A program made the translations under genes and the position numbers. A DNA stretch of 17,123 nt from a virus, in UHGV virus genome UHGV-0227332; one strand, written 5' to 3'. How positions within the stretch are numbered: the first letter of the stretch is position 1; each line of letters starts with the position of its first letter. Under the pieces are notes generated by a model. The model did no database searches, was not told where the DNA came from, and saw nothing but the letters and a program-made list of their open reading frames with translations. Shown piece after piece: positions 1 through 8,093 of the stretch.

Positions 1-99
<99 letters not shown>

Positions 100-288
100 G
101 AATTCAGGATAGCCAGTGGCTACGGCTCAGTTTGGGTTGTGCTGTTGCTGGGCGGCGATGACGCCTGTACGCATTTGGTGATCCGGTTCTGCTTCCGGTA
201 TTCGCTTAATTCAGCACAACGGAAAGAGCACTCAATGCATTTAAGCCAAGCCCCATAAGGGAGAATGCTCTTACCTGTTGCACAGGTA

Positions 289-347
289 TAAAAAATCCCG
301 AAACCGTTATGCAGGCTCTAACTATTACCTGCGAACTGTTTCGGGAT
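289..347 (-). terminator. Rho-independent terminator, lambda tR'-like (end of late leader)
   Basis: Inverted repeat atcccgaaaccgtt (295-308) / aactgtttcgggat (334-347). The A-run at 289-295 on the plus strand gives a U-run after the hairpin on the minus-strand transcript. Matches lambda tR' as I remember it. Confidence 0.7.
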
Positions 348-482
348 TGCATTTTGCAGACCTCTCAGCCTGCGATGGTTGGAGTTCCAGACGATACGTC
401 GAAGTGACCAACTAGGCGGAATCGGTAGTAAGCGCCGCCTCTTTTTATCTCACTACCACAACGAGCGAATTAACCCATCGTT
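289..482 (-). ncRNA. Lambda-like 6S late leader RNA (PR' start to tR')
   Basis: Interval between the predicted PR' start and tR' is about 190 nt, as in lambda; the sequence looks near-identical to the lambda Q-S leader from memory. Inferred, not measured. Confidence 0.45.
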
Positions 483-520
483 GGGTCAAATTTACCCAAC
501 TTTATTCAAAAAGTCAATAT
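470..520 (-). promoter_or_regulatory. Late promoter PR' with overlapping qut site
   Basis: On the minus strand: -35 TTGACT (512-517), 17-bp spacer, -10 TAAATT (489-494), immediately downstream of the Q stop. Arrangement as in lambda PR'/qut. Confidence 0.6.
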
Positions 521-559
521 CATGCCGTTAATATGTTGCCATCCGTGGCAATCATGCTG

Positions 560-1183
560 CTAACGTGTGACCGCATTCAAAATGTTGTCTGCGATTGACT
601 CTTCTTTGTGGCATTGCACCACCAGAGCGTCATACAGCGGCTTAACAGTGCGTGACCAGGTGGGTTGAGTAAGGTTTGGGATTAGCATCGTTACAGCGCG
701 ATATGCGGCGCTTGCTGGCATTCTTGAATAGCCGACTCCTTTGCATCTTCCGCACTCTTTCTCGACAACTCTCCCCCACTGCTCCGTTTTGGCTATATCA
801 ACCGCACGGCCTGTACCGTGGCAATCTCTGCATCTTGCCCCCGGCGTCGCGGCACTACGGCAATAATCCGCATAAGCGAATGTTGCGAGAACTTGCAGTA
901 CCTTTGCCTTAGTATTTCCTTCAAGCTTTGCCACACCACGGTATTTCCCCGATACCTTGTGTGCAAATTGCATCAGATAGTTGATAGCCTTTTGTTTGTC
1001 GTTCTGGCTGAGTTCGTGCTTACCACAGAATGCAGCCATTCCGAATCCGGCCTGTGATTGCGCCATCCCCATAGCAGCCATCACATCAGTACCGGAAAGA
1101 GAGTCAGAAGCCGTGGCCCGTGGTGAGTCGCTCATCATCGGGCTTTTTGGCGAATGAAATTTAGCTACGCTTTCGAGTCTCAT
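560..1183 (-). CDS. Q: Late antiterminator Q (lambda Q type), 207 aa
   Basis: Translation MRLESVAKFHSPKSP...CRDCHGTGRAVD...CGRCKGVGY is essentially lambda Q from memory, including the zinc-binding Cys cluster. It sits directly upstream of PR'/qut. Confidence 0.95.
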   Translation of the reverse strand: MRLESVAKFHSPKSPMMSDSPRATASDSLSGTDVMAAMGMAQSQAGFGMAAFCGKHELSQNDKQKAINYLMQFAHKVSGKYRGVAKLEGNTKAKVLQVLATFAYADYCRSAATPGARCRDCHGTGRAVDIAKTEQWGRVVEKECGRCKGVGYSRMPASAAYRAVTMLIPNLTQPTWSRTVKPLYDALVVQCHKEESIADNILNAVTR

Positions 1184-1367
1184 CGTCTTCCTCTCTTGCC
1201 TGTTTGACCATCAGGACGCCGTTAACTATTACGTGACGCTCGCCTTTGCTGTCTCGGTTGTACTTGAGCACTGTTCCTCTTGCGCAGGAAAGCATCCTCG
1301 CCACTTCGGTCTGATTGCCTCGTGTCTGGATAAGAAGCTCTGGTATCGTTTGAATTGTGGCGTTCAT
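1161..1367 (-). CDS. ninH: NinH, 68 aa
   Basis: 68-aa product MNATIQTIPELLIQTRGNQTEVARMLSCARGTVLKYNRD matches lambda NinH in length and sequence from memory. ATGA-coupled to rusA upstream; overlaps the Q start. Confidence 0.8.
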   Translation of the reverse strand: MNATIQTIPELLIQTRGNQTEVARMLSCARGTVLKYNRDSKGERHVIVNGVLMVKQAREEDDETRKRS

Positions 1368-1726
1368 ACGTTCTCCAGTTCGGTGATTTTTATTCCAAGC
1401 CGTCCGCCTGGTACTTTCACACCACGAATTACGCGAATGTCATCGAATTGCTCGTCGTCTTCCGCAAATCCGGCGTGGATAAGGGAGTCGAGTAAACCTT
1501 TCAGGATGTTATCGAGGTCGCGGCGGCGGGAGTCTGGAACGTCTGCGATGACTTTGATGCGGAGTCGTGATTTGGTGAAAATGTCTAACTTAAGTTGGCG
1601 GATGATTTGCTGAACGTCTTTTCGGTATTTCTGGCCTTTATCGCTGATGTAGTATTGGCTTCCCCGTCTTCGCCAGTAGGTATTCACCGACGGCGGGTAT
1701 GGAAGCACAAACTGATATTCGTTCAT
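1364..1726 (-). CDS. rusA: RusA-family Holliday junction resolvase, 120 aa
   Basis: 120 aa with N-terminal YPPSVNTYW motif and an acidic catalytic region, typical of RusA from DLP12 and phage 82. ATGA overlap with the upstream gene. Confidence 0.85.
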   Translation of the reverse strand: MNEYQFVLPYPPSVNTYWRRRGSQYYISDKGQKYRKDVQQIIRQLKLDIFTKSRLRIKVIADVPDSRRRDLDNILKGLLDSLIHAGFAEDDEQFDDIRVIRGVKVPGGRLGIKITELENV

Positions 1727-2013
1727 GGCTTAATCTTCCCCTCCTTCAGTAGTATCGCCTGCGTCCTGATCACGCCTTCGAGGTGGTAAAGTCTGGCGTC
1801 TTTGTTGTCGAGAATCCTTGTGCGTCGGTCGATCTCCGCGTGGCAGTCACTACAAGCCCATGCACCGATCAGGTCGTCAGGCTTCATTCCCGTTCCGCAA
1901 ATTCCAGCCATCCGGTAATGTGCCAGAACTGTAGTTTCAGGGTTGCCATTGCATACGCCGTAAATACGTACCTGGCATTCTCTGCCGCGCGCTTCTTTGC
2001 GTAGGTTAGCCAT
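1723..2013 (-). CDS. DUF1364 / YbcO-like Cys-His-rich nin-region protein, 96 aa
   Basis: 96 aa with Cys/His clusters (C..C...H...C...C.DCH). It sits just upstream of rusA, as ybcO does in DLP12-like nin regions. Family assignment is from memory. Confidence 0.65.
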   Translation of the reverse strand: MANLRKEARGRECQVRIYGVCNGNPETTVLAHYRMAGICGTGMKPDDLIGAWACSDCHAEIDRRTRILDNKDARLYHLEGVIRTQAILLKEGKIKP

Positions 2014-2738
2014 TAAGCAGCCTCCCCTGTTACTTTCAGCATTCCGTTATCGAGCAGCTTTCTGGTCAGCCACTGTTGACCACGCCCGGTGATTTTTGTA
2101 GTGAACGATATCTGTATTCCGTGATTTGTGTTGACCGCTGTTTCTTTCACTGTGAAATAGCCGCGATCCATATATTCCTGCATTGGCACATTGCGCCGGG
2201 AACCTGAAGCAATAAGGATTTTGTGATCGCGCATCCACGCAAACAGTTTGTTTTGACCAATTCCAACAACCTTTGCAAAGTTTCCAATCAAAATTCCACT
2301 GGCCTCGCCAACGCGATCGGCAAACTCAACTTTAGGTGCGGCAATTGCGAGCTGGTTTTCCAGTTGCATTTTCTGCTCAGCAAGATCAGCAGCAAGGCGC
2401 AACGCTTCCGGTAGCGTTTTGGGGATATTAACCGCAGCTTCTTCAAGCTCTCGCCAACGGTCAACAAGACGAGCGGTGAACTCTGGCGACAACTGGGCAA
2501 CGACAATAATGCTGTCTCGCTTTCCTTGTTCGCCCTCGAAGACGTAGAAATCACGCCTCCCGGTAATAACACATAAATCATTGATTATGTTAGTGTGCTG
2601 CAATGCAGGAGGCTTGATAACGCCACGTTTCACCAATCTATCTATGGATACTTTTACATTGCTATGGCGGCTTTCTACCAACTCAGCGATTTCAATGCTT
2701 GTCATTTTGATGGCATTGCCATTTATTAACTCATTCAT
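2013..2738 (-). CDS. Phage antirepressor-like protein, Rha N-terminal domain plus KilAC/ANT C-terminal domain (Roi-like), 241 aa
   Basis: N-terminus TSIEIAELVESRHSNVKVSIDRLVKRGVI resembles the Rha family. C-terminus ADRVGEASGILIGNFAKVVGIGQNKLFAWMRDHKIL resembles the antirepressor KilAC domain. Stop and next start overlap (TAATG). Confidence 0.7.
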   Translation of the reverse strand: MNELINGNAIKMTSIEIAELVESRHSNVKVSIDRLVKRGVIKPPALQHTNIINDLCVITGRRDFYVFEGEQGKRDSIIVVAQLSPEFTARLVDRWRELEEAAVNIPKTLPEALRLAADLAEQKMQLENQLAIAAPKVEFADRVGEASGILIGNFAKVVGIGQNKLFAWMRDHKILIASGSRRNVPMQEYMDRGYFTVKETAVNTNHGIQISFTTKITGRGQQWLTRKLLDNGMLKVTGEAA

Positions 2739-2907
2739 CGTCTTCTTCCTCGTACATTGAGCTATTCGGATCGCTCATCAGTTCTGCGCAGCAGTGCTCA
2801 CACACGTGAACTTCCAGCACATGCAGCTTCTGGCCGCAGTTAGCGCACGTTAAAGCCCGCTCGACGCTTTCTTTCTGGTATTGAAGGGATTGGGATGGGC
2901 TAAGCAT
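2731..2907 (-). CDS. ninF: NinF, 58 aa (a longer in-frame upstream start at 2964 is possible)
   Basis: [46 protein letters not shown] with CxxC...CxxC matches lambda NinF from memory. The internal Met was chosen by that homology. Confidence 0.7.
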   Translation of the reverse strand: MLSPSQSLQYQKESVERALTCANCGQKLHVLEVHVCEHCCAELMSDPNSSMYEEEDDE

Positions 2908-3307
2908 GGCTTTCACCATTAAAAAGTCGCTTGTAAGCATCAATGTCTCGTTTTGCTTCACCAAGCTTTCGTCTTAATTCCATGTTTTCTGATTCAAGCT
3001 TTTCCATGTCTTGTTGGTATCGATCGCGGTGTTCTTTCCATGCTTTTTGATACGCCTTCATGTATGTCATGTTGGCCTTTCTCTTTGCCTGACGAACTGC
3101 GTGGTGGTTTTTCACAAACCAGTCAGGGTCGTTAAATGCTGCTCTGGCGCATGTATACCAATAATTTGTTGCCTCCCTGTTTAGCCAATAAATACTGATA
3201 AATGGCAACCGGATAGACACCATTTTTCGTTGTGACTCTTTCTCGCCAAACATGTGGCCTTTTTTGATGCTAAGTCCAAATCCAGGTTGAATTAAAAGCA
3301 TTGTCAT
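2900..3307 (-). CDS. Hypothetical nin-region protein, 135 aa, basic with C-terminal coiled-coil-like segment
   Basis: Open frame whose ATG overlaps the NinE stop (ATGA at 3304-3307); the ORF-track start at 3343 would overlap ninE in another frame. No family recognised. Confidence 0.5.
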   Translation of the reverse strand: MTMLLIQPGFGLSIKKGHMFGEKESQRKMVSIRLPFISIYWLNREATNYWYTCARAAFNDPDWFVKNHHAVRQAKRKANMTYMKAYQKAWKEHRDRYQQDMEKLESENMELRRKLGEAKRDIDAYKRLFNGESHA

Positions 3308-3480
3308 TTCCTCGCACGATATCTTAGCCACCGGATATCCCACAGGTGAGCTGTGTAATTGAAGGTTTTTACGTCAGATTCTTTTGGGGTTGGCTTGCGT
3401 TTATTTCTGGAGCGTTTCGTTGGAAGGTATTTGCAGTTTTCGCAGATGATGTCGGTGATACTTCGTCGCTGTCGTCTCAT
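3304..3480 (-). CDS. ninE: NinE, 58 aa
   Basis: Hand translation [58 protein letters not shown] resembles lambda NinE. Its ATG overlaps the ninB stop (ATGA at 3477-3480). Missing from the ORF track because it is under 60 aa. Confidence 0.75.
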   Translation of the reverse strand: MRRQRRSITDIICENCKYLPTKRSRNKRKPTPKESDVKTFNYTAHLWDIRWLRYRARK

Positions 3481-3887
3481 TCGTACCTCCTGTCGGTAAA
3501 TCTGACACCCTGACCAATAGCCCAGGCTGTTGTGTACTCGATCAGACTTGCCATGCGCTTCACGCTCATCTGCGCGCTGCTTTCGCGAATGTTGACGTAT
3601 TCGCCTTCAAGCCCGGGCAAAACATCAGCTTCCAGGTTTGTTGCCACTGCATGACCGCTAATCAACAAAACCTTCCATTGTTCCGGTTTTAACCATTTGC
3701 CGCACCATTGAACCTGACGAGCGATATCCGCCAGCATCACGTGAAATTTTGCGTTCTGGTCAAGGTTGCGCTTGTAGTCAGTAATGCGGATGGTGACTGG
3801 CTTGTCTTTATCGAGTGGTGTTGCGAGGATGGCATTTATTGCGGCTTGCTGTTGTTGCTTAGTTCGGAGGAAGATTGTTTGCTTCAC
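3477..3887 (-). CDS. ninB: NinB (orf146-like) recombination protein, 136 aa
   Basis: Conserved ...[32 protein letters not shown]... parallels lambda NinB (...SLDQNRKLWACLGDVSRQVEWHGRWLDAESWK...). Confidence 0.85.
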   Translation of the reverse strand: MKQTIFLRTKQQQQAAINAILATPLDKDKPVTIRITDYKRNLDQNAKFHVMLADIARQVQWCGKWLKPEQWKVLLISGHAVATNLEADVLPGLEGEYVNIRESSAQMSVKRMASLIEYTTAWAIGQGVRFTDRRYE

Positions 3888-3898
3888 TGAATACTCCT

Positions 3899-4084
3899 TT
3901 ATTTTTTATGCCTGTAACCCCATTCTTCCAGCAACCTTGCGGCGTACCACCCAAGAAACAAAGGAAAGAACATTACAATGAGATATTCCCCGCCACGGTC
4001 AATGTTCGAAATTGACCAGATTACGATGTAACCAGTGCAGGACAGGAATATTACAAACCCCAAAAAGCTACTTCGTCGACTCAT
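3899..4084 (-). CDS. Small predicted membrane protein, 61 aa, two hydrophobic segments
   Basis: ATG at 4084 preceded by AAGGAG with 5-nt spacing. Two hydrophobic stretches (FLGFVIFLSCTGYIVIW and LIVMFFPLFLGWYAA). Starts 2 nt after the upstream ORF's stop. Confidence 0.5.
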   Translation of the reverse strand: MSRRSSFLGFVIFLSCTGYIVIWSISNIDRGGEYLIVMFFPLFLGWYAARLLEEWGYRHKK

Positions 4085-4086
4085 GC

Positions 4087-4371
4087 TCACTCCTTCACTT
4101 TGATTCCAGCGGCGCGGATGGATTCATCGATATCGTCACGGTCGTACACAGCAATAGCATCACTGACAAACCATACAGGCAACTCAATTTCAATAGCTGC
4201 TCGCGATGCCTGCCACGTTTGCCAGTGGCCTTGAACATCGTCCATCACGTATTGACCACCAATATCACCACTGCCAATTTCATGGTGATTTTCAGGGTAA
4301 CGGATAAGGTCTGATGATTCGCCTCCACGTCGCAACCAACTTTCTTCAAACTGCTTTCTTGATTCGTCCAT
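4087..4371 (-). CDS. Hypothetical acidic protein, 94 aa
   Basis: Open frame with ATG start and GAGG upstream; strongly acidic; tightly packed between two small membrane-protein ORFs. Confidence 0.5.
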   Translation of the reverse strand: MDESRKQFEESWLRRGGESSDLIRYPENHHEIGSGDIGGQYVMDDVQGHWQTWQASRAAIEIELPVWFVSDAIAVYDRDDIDESIRAAGIKVKE

Positions 4372-4388
4372 CGATACTTACCCTCAGT

Positions 4389-4595
4389 TCAACTCACAAA
4401 ACGCCACGCCATTTTTGCTACAGCGACAGGCATAACACCGATAATCACCCAGACAAATGCAGCGCCAAACAACGTATACCATGGTTCTTTACCGTCATTC
4501 ACAAGACGAATGTAGCTATGCAGAACAATAAAAAACGTCAGAAGAATCCATCCAACGCCAACGAATTTGAGTGCGACGAGCATAAACTCAGCCAC
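4389..4595 (-). CDS. Small predicted membrane protein, 68 aa, two hydrophobic segments
   Basis: GTG start at 4595 preceded by GGAGGG with 6-nt spacing (alternative ATG at 4583). Hydrophobic stretches WILLTFFIVL and AAFVWVIIGVMPVAVA. Confidence 0.45.
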   Translation of the reverse strand: MAEFMLVALKFVGVGWILLTFFIVLHSYIRLVNDGKEPWYTLFGAAFVWVIIGVMPVAVAKMAWRFVS

Positions 4596-4671
4596 GATTC
4601 ACCCTCCCCCAAATAAAAAGGCCTGCGATTACCAGCAGGCCTGTTATTAGCTCAGTGATGTAGATGGTCAT

Positions 4672-6552
4672 TTAATACTCCGTCACGTTTTCCTGTCGCC
4701 ACGCCTCGTCATATTCCGATTTCGGCATATTGGCGATGTAGCTATATGGCGATCCTGATTCAAGTTGCAGGAACTGGTGCGATTGCTCGTCAAGGAACAA
4801 CGGGACGCCACCTTCCCAACCTTCGCCGTTACGTTGTTTTTCAAGCATCAAAACAGATGCCGGAGATGCCAGTAGCTGTTCGTCCTTCTCTGACATCTTT
4901 TCACCACTCTGAACTCTCTGTAACGCTCTCTCGCGAGCCTTGTTACGCCAGATGATGAAAAGGTTGTCTGTCAGGTCTGTTATCGCTCCAGAGCCTTTTA
5001 CGTCCATTTTCCCGGTTGGTTTTTCTTCGCTGTCTCCTTTTCGCGAGTGAGTAACGAGAATGACGTGGGAGTTTGTTTTGTTTTTGAAGTCGCAAATCGA
5101 GTCAACAAACGCCTTCTGCCCGTTATAGTCATCGTCGCCTATGCCACATTTCATCAGGCTGTCGATGATGAATAACTGGATACCGTATCGGCGGCGAGCG
5201 TAGTCGAATATTTCGATCAGCCTGTCGGCTTTCGCCGTTCCGGTCAGGCCAAACACCCAAAGTCTTTCGTCATAAAATTTAAATGCAGAGTCAATTTCCA
5301 GCACTGGCGGCATCTTGCAGCACGTCGCCTGACGGGTAAGGCGCTTAAGGAGAATACCAGGCTTCAGCTCAAGTGACGCGATGCACGTCTTCACACCCTG
5401 ACGCATTGCCTCAAGTGCCATATGCCCGACAACCTCCGTTTTTCCGTGACCGTTCACACCATTGACCAGCGTCAACTCTGCCTCACGGAACTGGAATTTA
5501 TCTGCCAGAGATTCCCACGGTGGATTAAACAGATACTGCTGCTTGCCGTAGAAAGCGTTGATAGTGTCCTGGTAAAACTCTCGCGCGCTGTAGAGTTCTT
5601 CAGGATCGAAGTAGGATGCCGTGCCGATGTACTGCCAGATTTCATCCTCGGTAACACCGTTCATCAGGCATTCGTTGATGTCTTTGTACGGCAGAGTAAC
5701 AAGACGGCAACGATGTTCACCGAGTCGGCTTGCGATTTCCCTTGCGGCTTCACGACCAACATCATCAACATCCATCGAGATGAATATTTCCTCAAACCTG
5801 TCGAGGTTGTGATACTCAAACTCAATCCACTGTTGCTTAGCGCCTTTCCCGCCACCAAACGGCACGGATAACGCCGAGATGCCGTATTGCGCATAGCTCA
5901 TACAATCAATTTCGCCTTCGCAAAGTACAACCGCCCTCACGCCAGCGTCCAGAGCCTGCCATCCGAACAGACAAGGTTCGCAATCACCTTCTGCCATAAT
6001 GACTTTCTTCCCGTCCGGGCGCTCAGTGCTGATTCGCTTTACCTGCAACAACTCACCATCGCGTTTGTACGGAATCACCAGAGCATCCAGTTCTCGCTCT
6101 CCATTCCACACCTTGCCGCTGACAACCTCGTAGCGCTTTACGATTTCTGGCGATATGCCACGCGATTGCAGGTACTCAAGATGGGATTCTGTTCTGGTAA
6201 CGTAGCGGGAGATTTTCTTGCGGTCAGGTCTGGAGAATTTCTTCTCACGTTTGGCATCGAAATGGTGATCGTCATCCTTGATTCCGAGAAAGGCTTTCGC
6301 TTCCTGCATAGCCTGATGCAGGTTAATTCCACGACATGCCATCCACAAATCAAGCATGTCACCGCCGTCTCCCTCAGCGAAATCAGCCCATTTTTTCTTG
6401 CCGCTAAGGTTGACCTTAAGGCTGTTTCCCTTGTCACCGTTGACGTTACCGGCAACCCACTCATGCCCCTCTTTCTTGCCGTTTGGCAACAGGTGCGGAG
6501 CCACCCTGTCAACCTGCGCCCAAAGCAGGTCACTGAGTTCACTTGGCGTCAT
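4672..6552 (-). CDS. Bifunctional DNA primase / replicative helicase (TOPRIM plus DnaB-like RecA-fold), 626 aa
   Basis: TOPRIM-like motifs (VLCEGEIDCMS; ISMDVDD). Walker A GVNGHGKT and Walker B-like LFIIDSL in the C-terminal half. Sits where lambda P would be, downstream of the initiator. Confidence 0.9.
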   Translation of the reverse strand: MTPSELSDLLWAQVDRVAPHLLPNGKKEGHEWVAGNVNGDKGNSLKVNLSGKKKWADFAEGDGGDMLDLWMACRGINLHQAMQEAKAFLGIKDDDHHFDAKREKKFSRPDRKKISRYVTRTESHLEYLQSRGISPEIVKRYEVVSGKVWNGERELDALVIPYKRDGELLQVKRISTERPDGKKVIMAEGDCEPCLFGWQALDAGVRAVVLCEGEIDCMSYAQYGISALSVPFGGGKGAKQQWIEFEYHNLDRFEEIFISMDVDDVGREAAREIASRLGEHRCRLVTLPYKDINECLMNGVTEDEIWQYIGTASYFDPEELYSAREFYQDTINAFYGKQQYLFNPPWESLADKFQFREAELTLVNGVNGHGKTEVVGHMALEAMRQGVKTCIASLELKPGILLKRLTRQATCCKMPPVLEIDSAFKFYDERLWVFGLTGTAKADRLIEIFDYARRRYGIQLFIIDSLMKCGIGDDDYNGQKAFVDSICDFKNKTNSHVILVTHSRKGDSEEKPTGKMDVKGSGAITDLTDNLFIIWRNKARERALQRVQSGEKMSEKDEQLLASPASVLMLEKQRNGEGWEGGVPLFLDEQSHQFLQLESGSPYSYIANMPKSEYDEAWRQENVTEY

Positions 6553-6656
6553 GATTCCCTCAGATTGAGATTTTTAAACCAGAAATCGACAAACGAAATA
6601 CTTAACCAGCCGTGGTTATAACCAGCGACCAGTAGCGATTTGATTTTTGATTTCAT
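6549..6656 (-). CDS. Possible 35-aa coupling ORF between initiator and primase-helicase
   Basis: ATG 3 nt after the initiator stop, with a GGTGA-like RBS. Its TGA overlaps the primase-helicase ATG (ATGA). Very short, so a weak call. Confidence 0.25.
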   Translation of the reverse strand: MKSKIKSLLVAGYNHGWLSISFVDFWFKNLNLRES

Positions 6657-6659
6657 GGT

Positions 6660-7520
6660 TCACCTGTCGAAAAACACGTAGCCAGTTTTCGATACGGTGA
6701 TTGCGGATGATGGTTTGGATTGTGGTTGAATAGTTTCTGGCTTCTCGTCGTTCCAGCGCTGACCGTTCAGGTAGCTCGATGGTAACAACCTGTCGAATCC
6801 GAACTGCTTACCATTCCTGCATGCGATGTCTTCTGCCAGCATCGTGGCAAACTCGCTTGCCGTACCCCTGGTAGTTTTACGCCATTCCCTGAACTGTGTT
6901 CTGAATGCCGAAGCTGCGTTTTTCTTCCCGGCCTTCCGCATGCCTGCACACCAGAATATTTCCTCGAATGCCTTGTCGGTTTCTTCGTGACGGTCAGGTG
7001 ATTTTTCACACTCCGTCCGAACACTTTCGGACATAGTGTTTTTATTATTTCTTTTTTCTTTTGTAATAGTTTCTTTTGTGTGTCCCTGTTTTGGTGACAG
7101 CGCTGTCACCGTTTTGGTGACACTTTTTGTCACCAATGCAGTGACATTATCACCAGAGTAGTGACACCCTTCGATTTGCCATTCCTCGATGTTCTTGTTA
7201 GGCCCGATTTGCTGGCCTTCGCGAAGGATAACCTTCATCGCGATAAGCTCATTCTTGGCCTTGTTTACCTTCTGTCTTGGCAGCCTGGTAATTTGAGCTA
7301 ACTGACTATCAGAGATGCGATCCATCTTTTTACCGTAGCCGTATGTTTTACGGCATATGGCGTGGGCAACCTTGCTCTGATTTTTCGTTAAATCTGCGCC
7401 GATAAGCTCTTCATACAGGGCATTTGCAAGACGGGTATAACCATCTTCAACTTCTGCCACACGACGCTCCACAGGCCGTTGTGAAGGCCTTAAATGTGTT
7501 ACGGTTGCAAGATTACTCAT
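6660..7520 (-). CDS. Replication initiator with lambda O-like N-terminal DNA-binding domain, 286 aa
   Basis: N-terminal [65 protein letters not shown] resembles the lambda O N-terminal domain. Iterons lie inside the gene. The C-terminal half is unlike lambda O. Confidence 0.85.
   Translation of the reverse strand: MSNLATVTHLRPSQRPVERRVAEVEDGYTRLANALYEELIGADLTKNQSKVAHAICRKTYGYGKKMDRISDSQLAQITRLPRQKVNKAKNELIAMKVILREGQQIGPNKNIEEWQIEGCHYSGDNVTALVTKSVTKTVTALSPKQGHTKETITKEKRNNKNTMSESVRTECEKSPDRHEETDKAFEEIFWCAGMRKAGKKNAASAFRTQFREWRKTTRGTASEFATMLAEDIACRNGKQFGFDRLLPSSYLNGQRWNDEKPETIQPQSKPSSAITVSKTGYVFFDR
7033..7170. repeat. Origin-like element: AT-rich tract (7033-7080) next to four GGTGACA-type iterons (7093-7169)
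   Basis: Perfect 18-bp palindrome GGTGACAGCGCTGTCACC (7093-7110), GGTGACACTTTTTGTCACC (7116-7134), and GTGACA repeats near 7141 and 7162, at roughly 20-23 bp spacing. The AT-rich block follows. Same architecture as ori-lambda inside O. Confidence 0.65.
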
Positions 7521-7659
7521 GACCTTTCTCCTTCTGCATCAGCTTCACTTTTTCCAACTCAGCCCGGAATCGACCAGGCTGCTTGAAGCTGGACAGGAAG
7601 CGATCACGTAGTATGTGTTTGTGAATTTTGTCCTGGTAAGGACTGAGTTGTTTTGTCAT
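7513..7659 (-). CDS. Small basic protein, 48 aa, between cII and the initiator
   Basis: ATG at 7659 preceded by AGGAG with 5-nt spacing. Translation [21 protein letters not shown]...; its stop overlaps the initiator start by 8 nt. The start region looks like the lambda O translation initiation region. Confidence 0.45.
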   Translation of the reverse strand: MTKQLSPYQDKIHKHILRDRFLSSFKQPGRFRAELEKVKLMQKEKGHE

Positions 7660-7691
7660 AATTACTCCTGTGGATTGATCCAGTAATGACC

Positions 7692-7985
7692 TCAGAATTC
7701 CATCTGGATTTGTTCAGAACGCTCGGTTGCCGCCGGGCGTTTTTTATTGGTGAGAATCGAAGCAACTTGTCGTGCCAATCGAGCCATGTCGTCGTCAACG
7801 ACACCCCATTCAAGAACAGCAAGCAGCATTGAGAACTTTGGAATCCAATCCCTCTTCCACCTGCTGATCTGCGACTTATCAACTCCCACAGCTTCCGCTG
7901 TCTTCTCAGTTCCAAGCATTGCGATTTTGTTAAGCAACGCACTCTCGATTCTTAGAGCCTCGTTGCGTTTGTTTGCACGAACCAT
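7692..7985 (-). CDS. cII: CII transcriptional activator (lambda type), 97 aa
   Basis: [75 protein letters not shown] matches lambda CII from memory. Internal Met chosen over the ORF-track start at 8072. Confidence 0.95.
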   Translation of the reverse strand: MVRANKRNEALRIESALLNKIAMLGTEKTAEAVGVDKSQISRWKRDWIPKFSMLLAVLEWGVVDDDMARLARQVASILTNKKRPAATERSEQIQMEF

Positions 7986-8043
7986 ATGTAAGTATTTCCT
8001 TAACAAATAAGAAGTTATGCGCATCAACTTATGCGCGTTGTAT

Positions 8044-8087
8044 TCCCGCATTTCGGCGGGAATGAGGACCATGACTGTTAAAGAGCA
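8044..8087 (-). promoter_or_regulatory. nutR-like site: boxA plus boxB hairpin
   Basis: On the minus strand: boxA-like GCTCTTTAACA (8077-8087), then hairpin TCCCGC-CGAAAT-GCGGGA (8044-8061). The same hairpin recurs at the nutL position. Located between cro and cII as in lambda. Confidence 0.55.
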
Positions 8088-8093
8088 ATTTGC

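Noticed and set aside
676-1057. Two plus-strand ORFs (78 and 79 aa) inside the Q gene
   Set aside because: Antisense to a confidently identified Q coding sequence; shadow ORFs.
5422-6621. Plus-strand ORFs (149 and 244 aa among others) antisense to the primase-helicase gene
   Set aside because: They fall entirely within a well-supported 626-aa minus-strand gene with recognisable motifs, and lack RBS support.
7604-7942. 112-aa minus-strand ORF overlapping cII in another frame
   Set aside because: cII is confidently identified in the other frame. This ORF is an overlap artefact; only the separate 48-aa frame downstream (7513-7659) has its own RBS.
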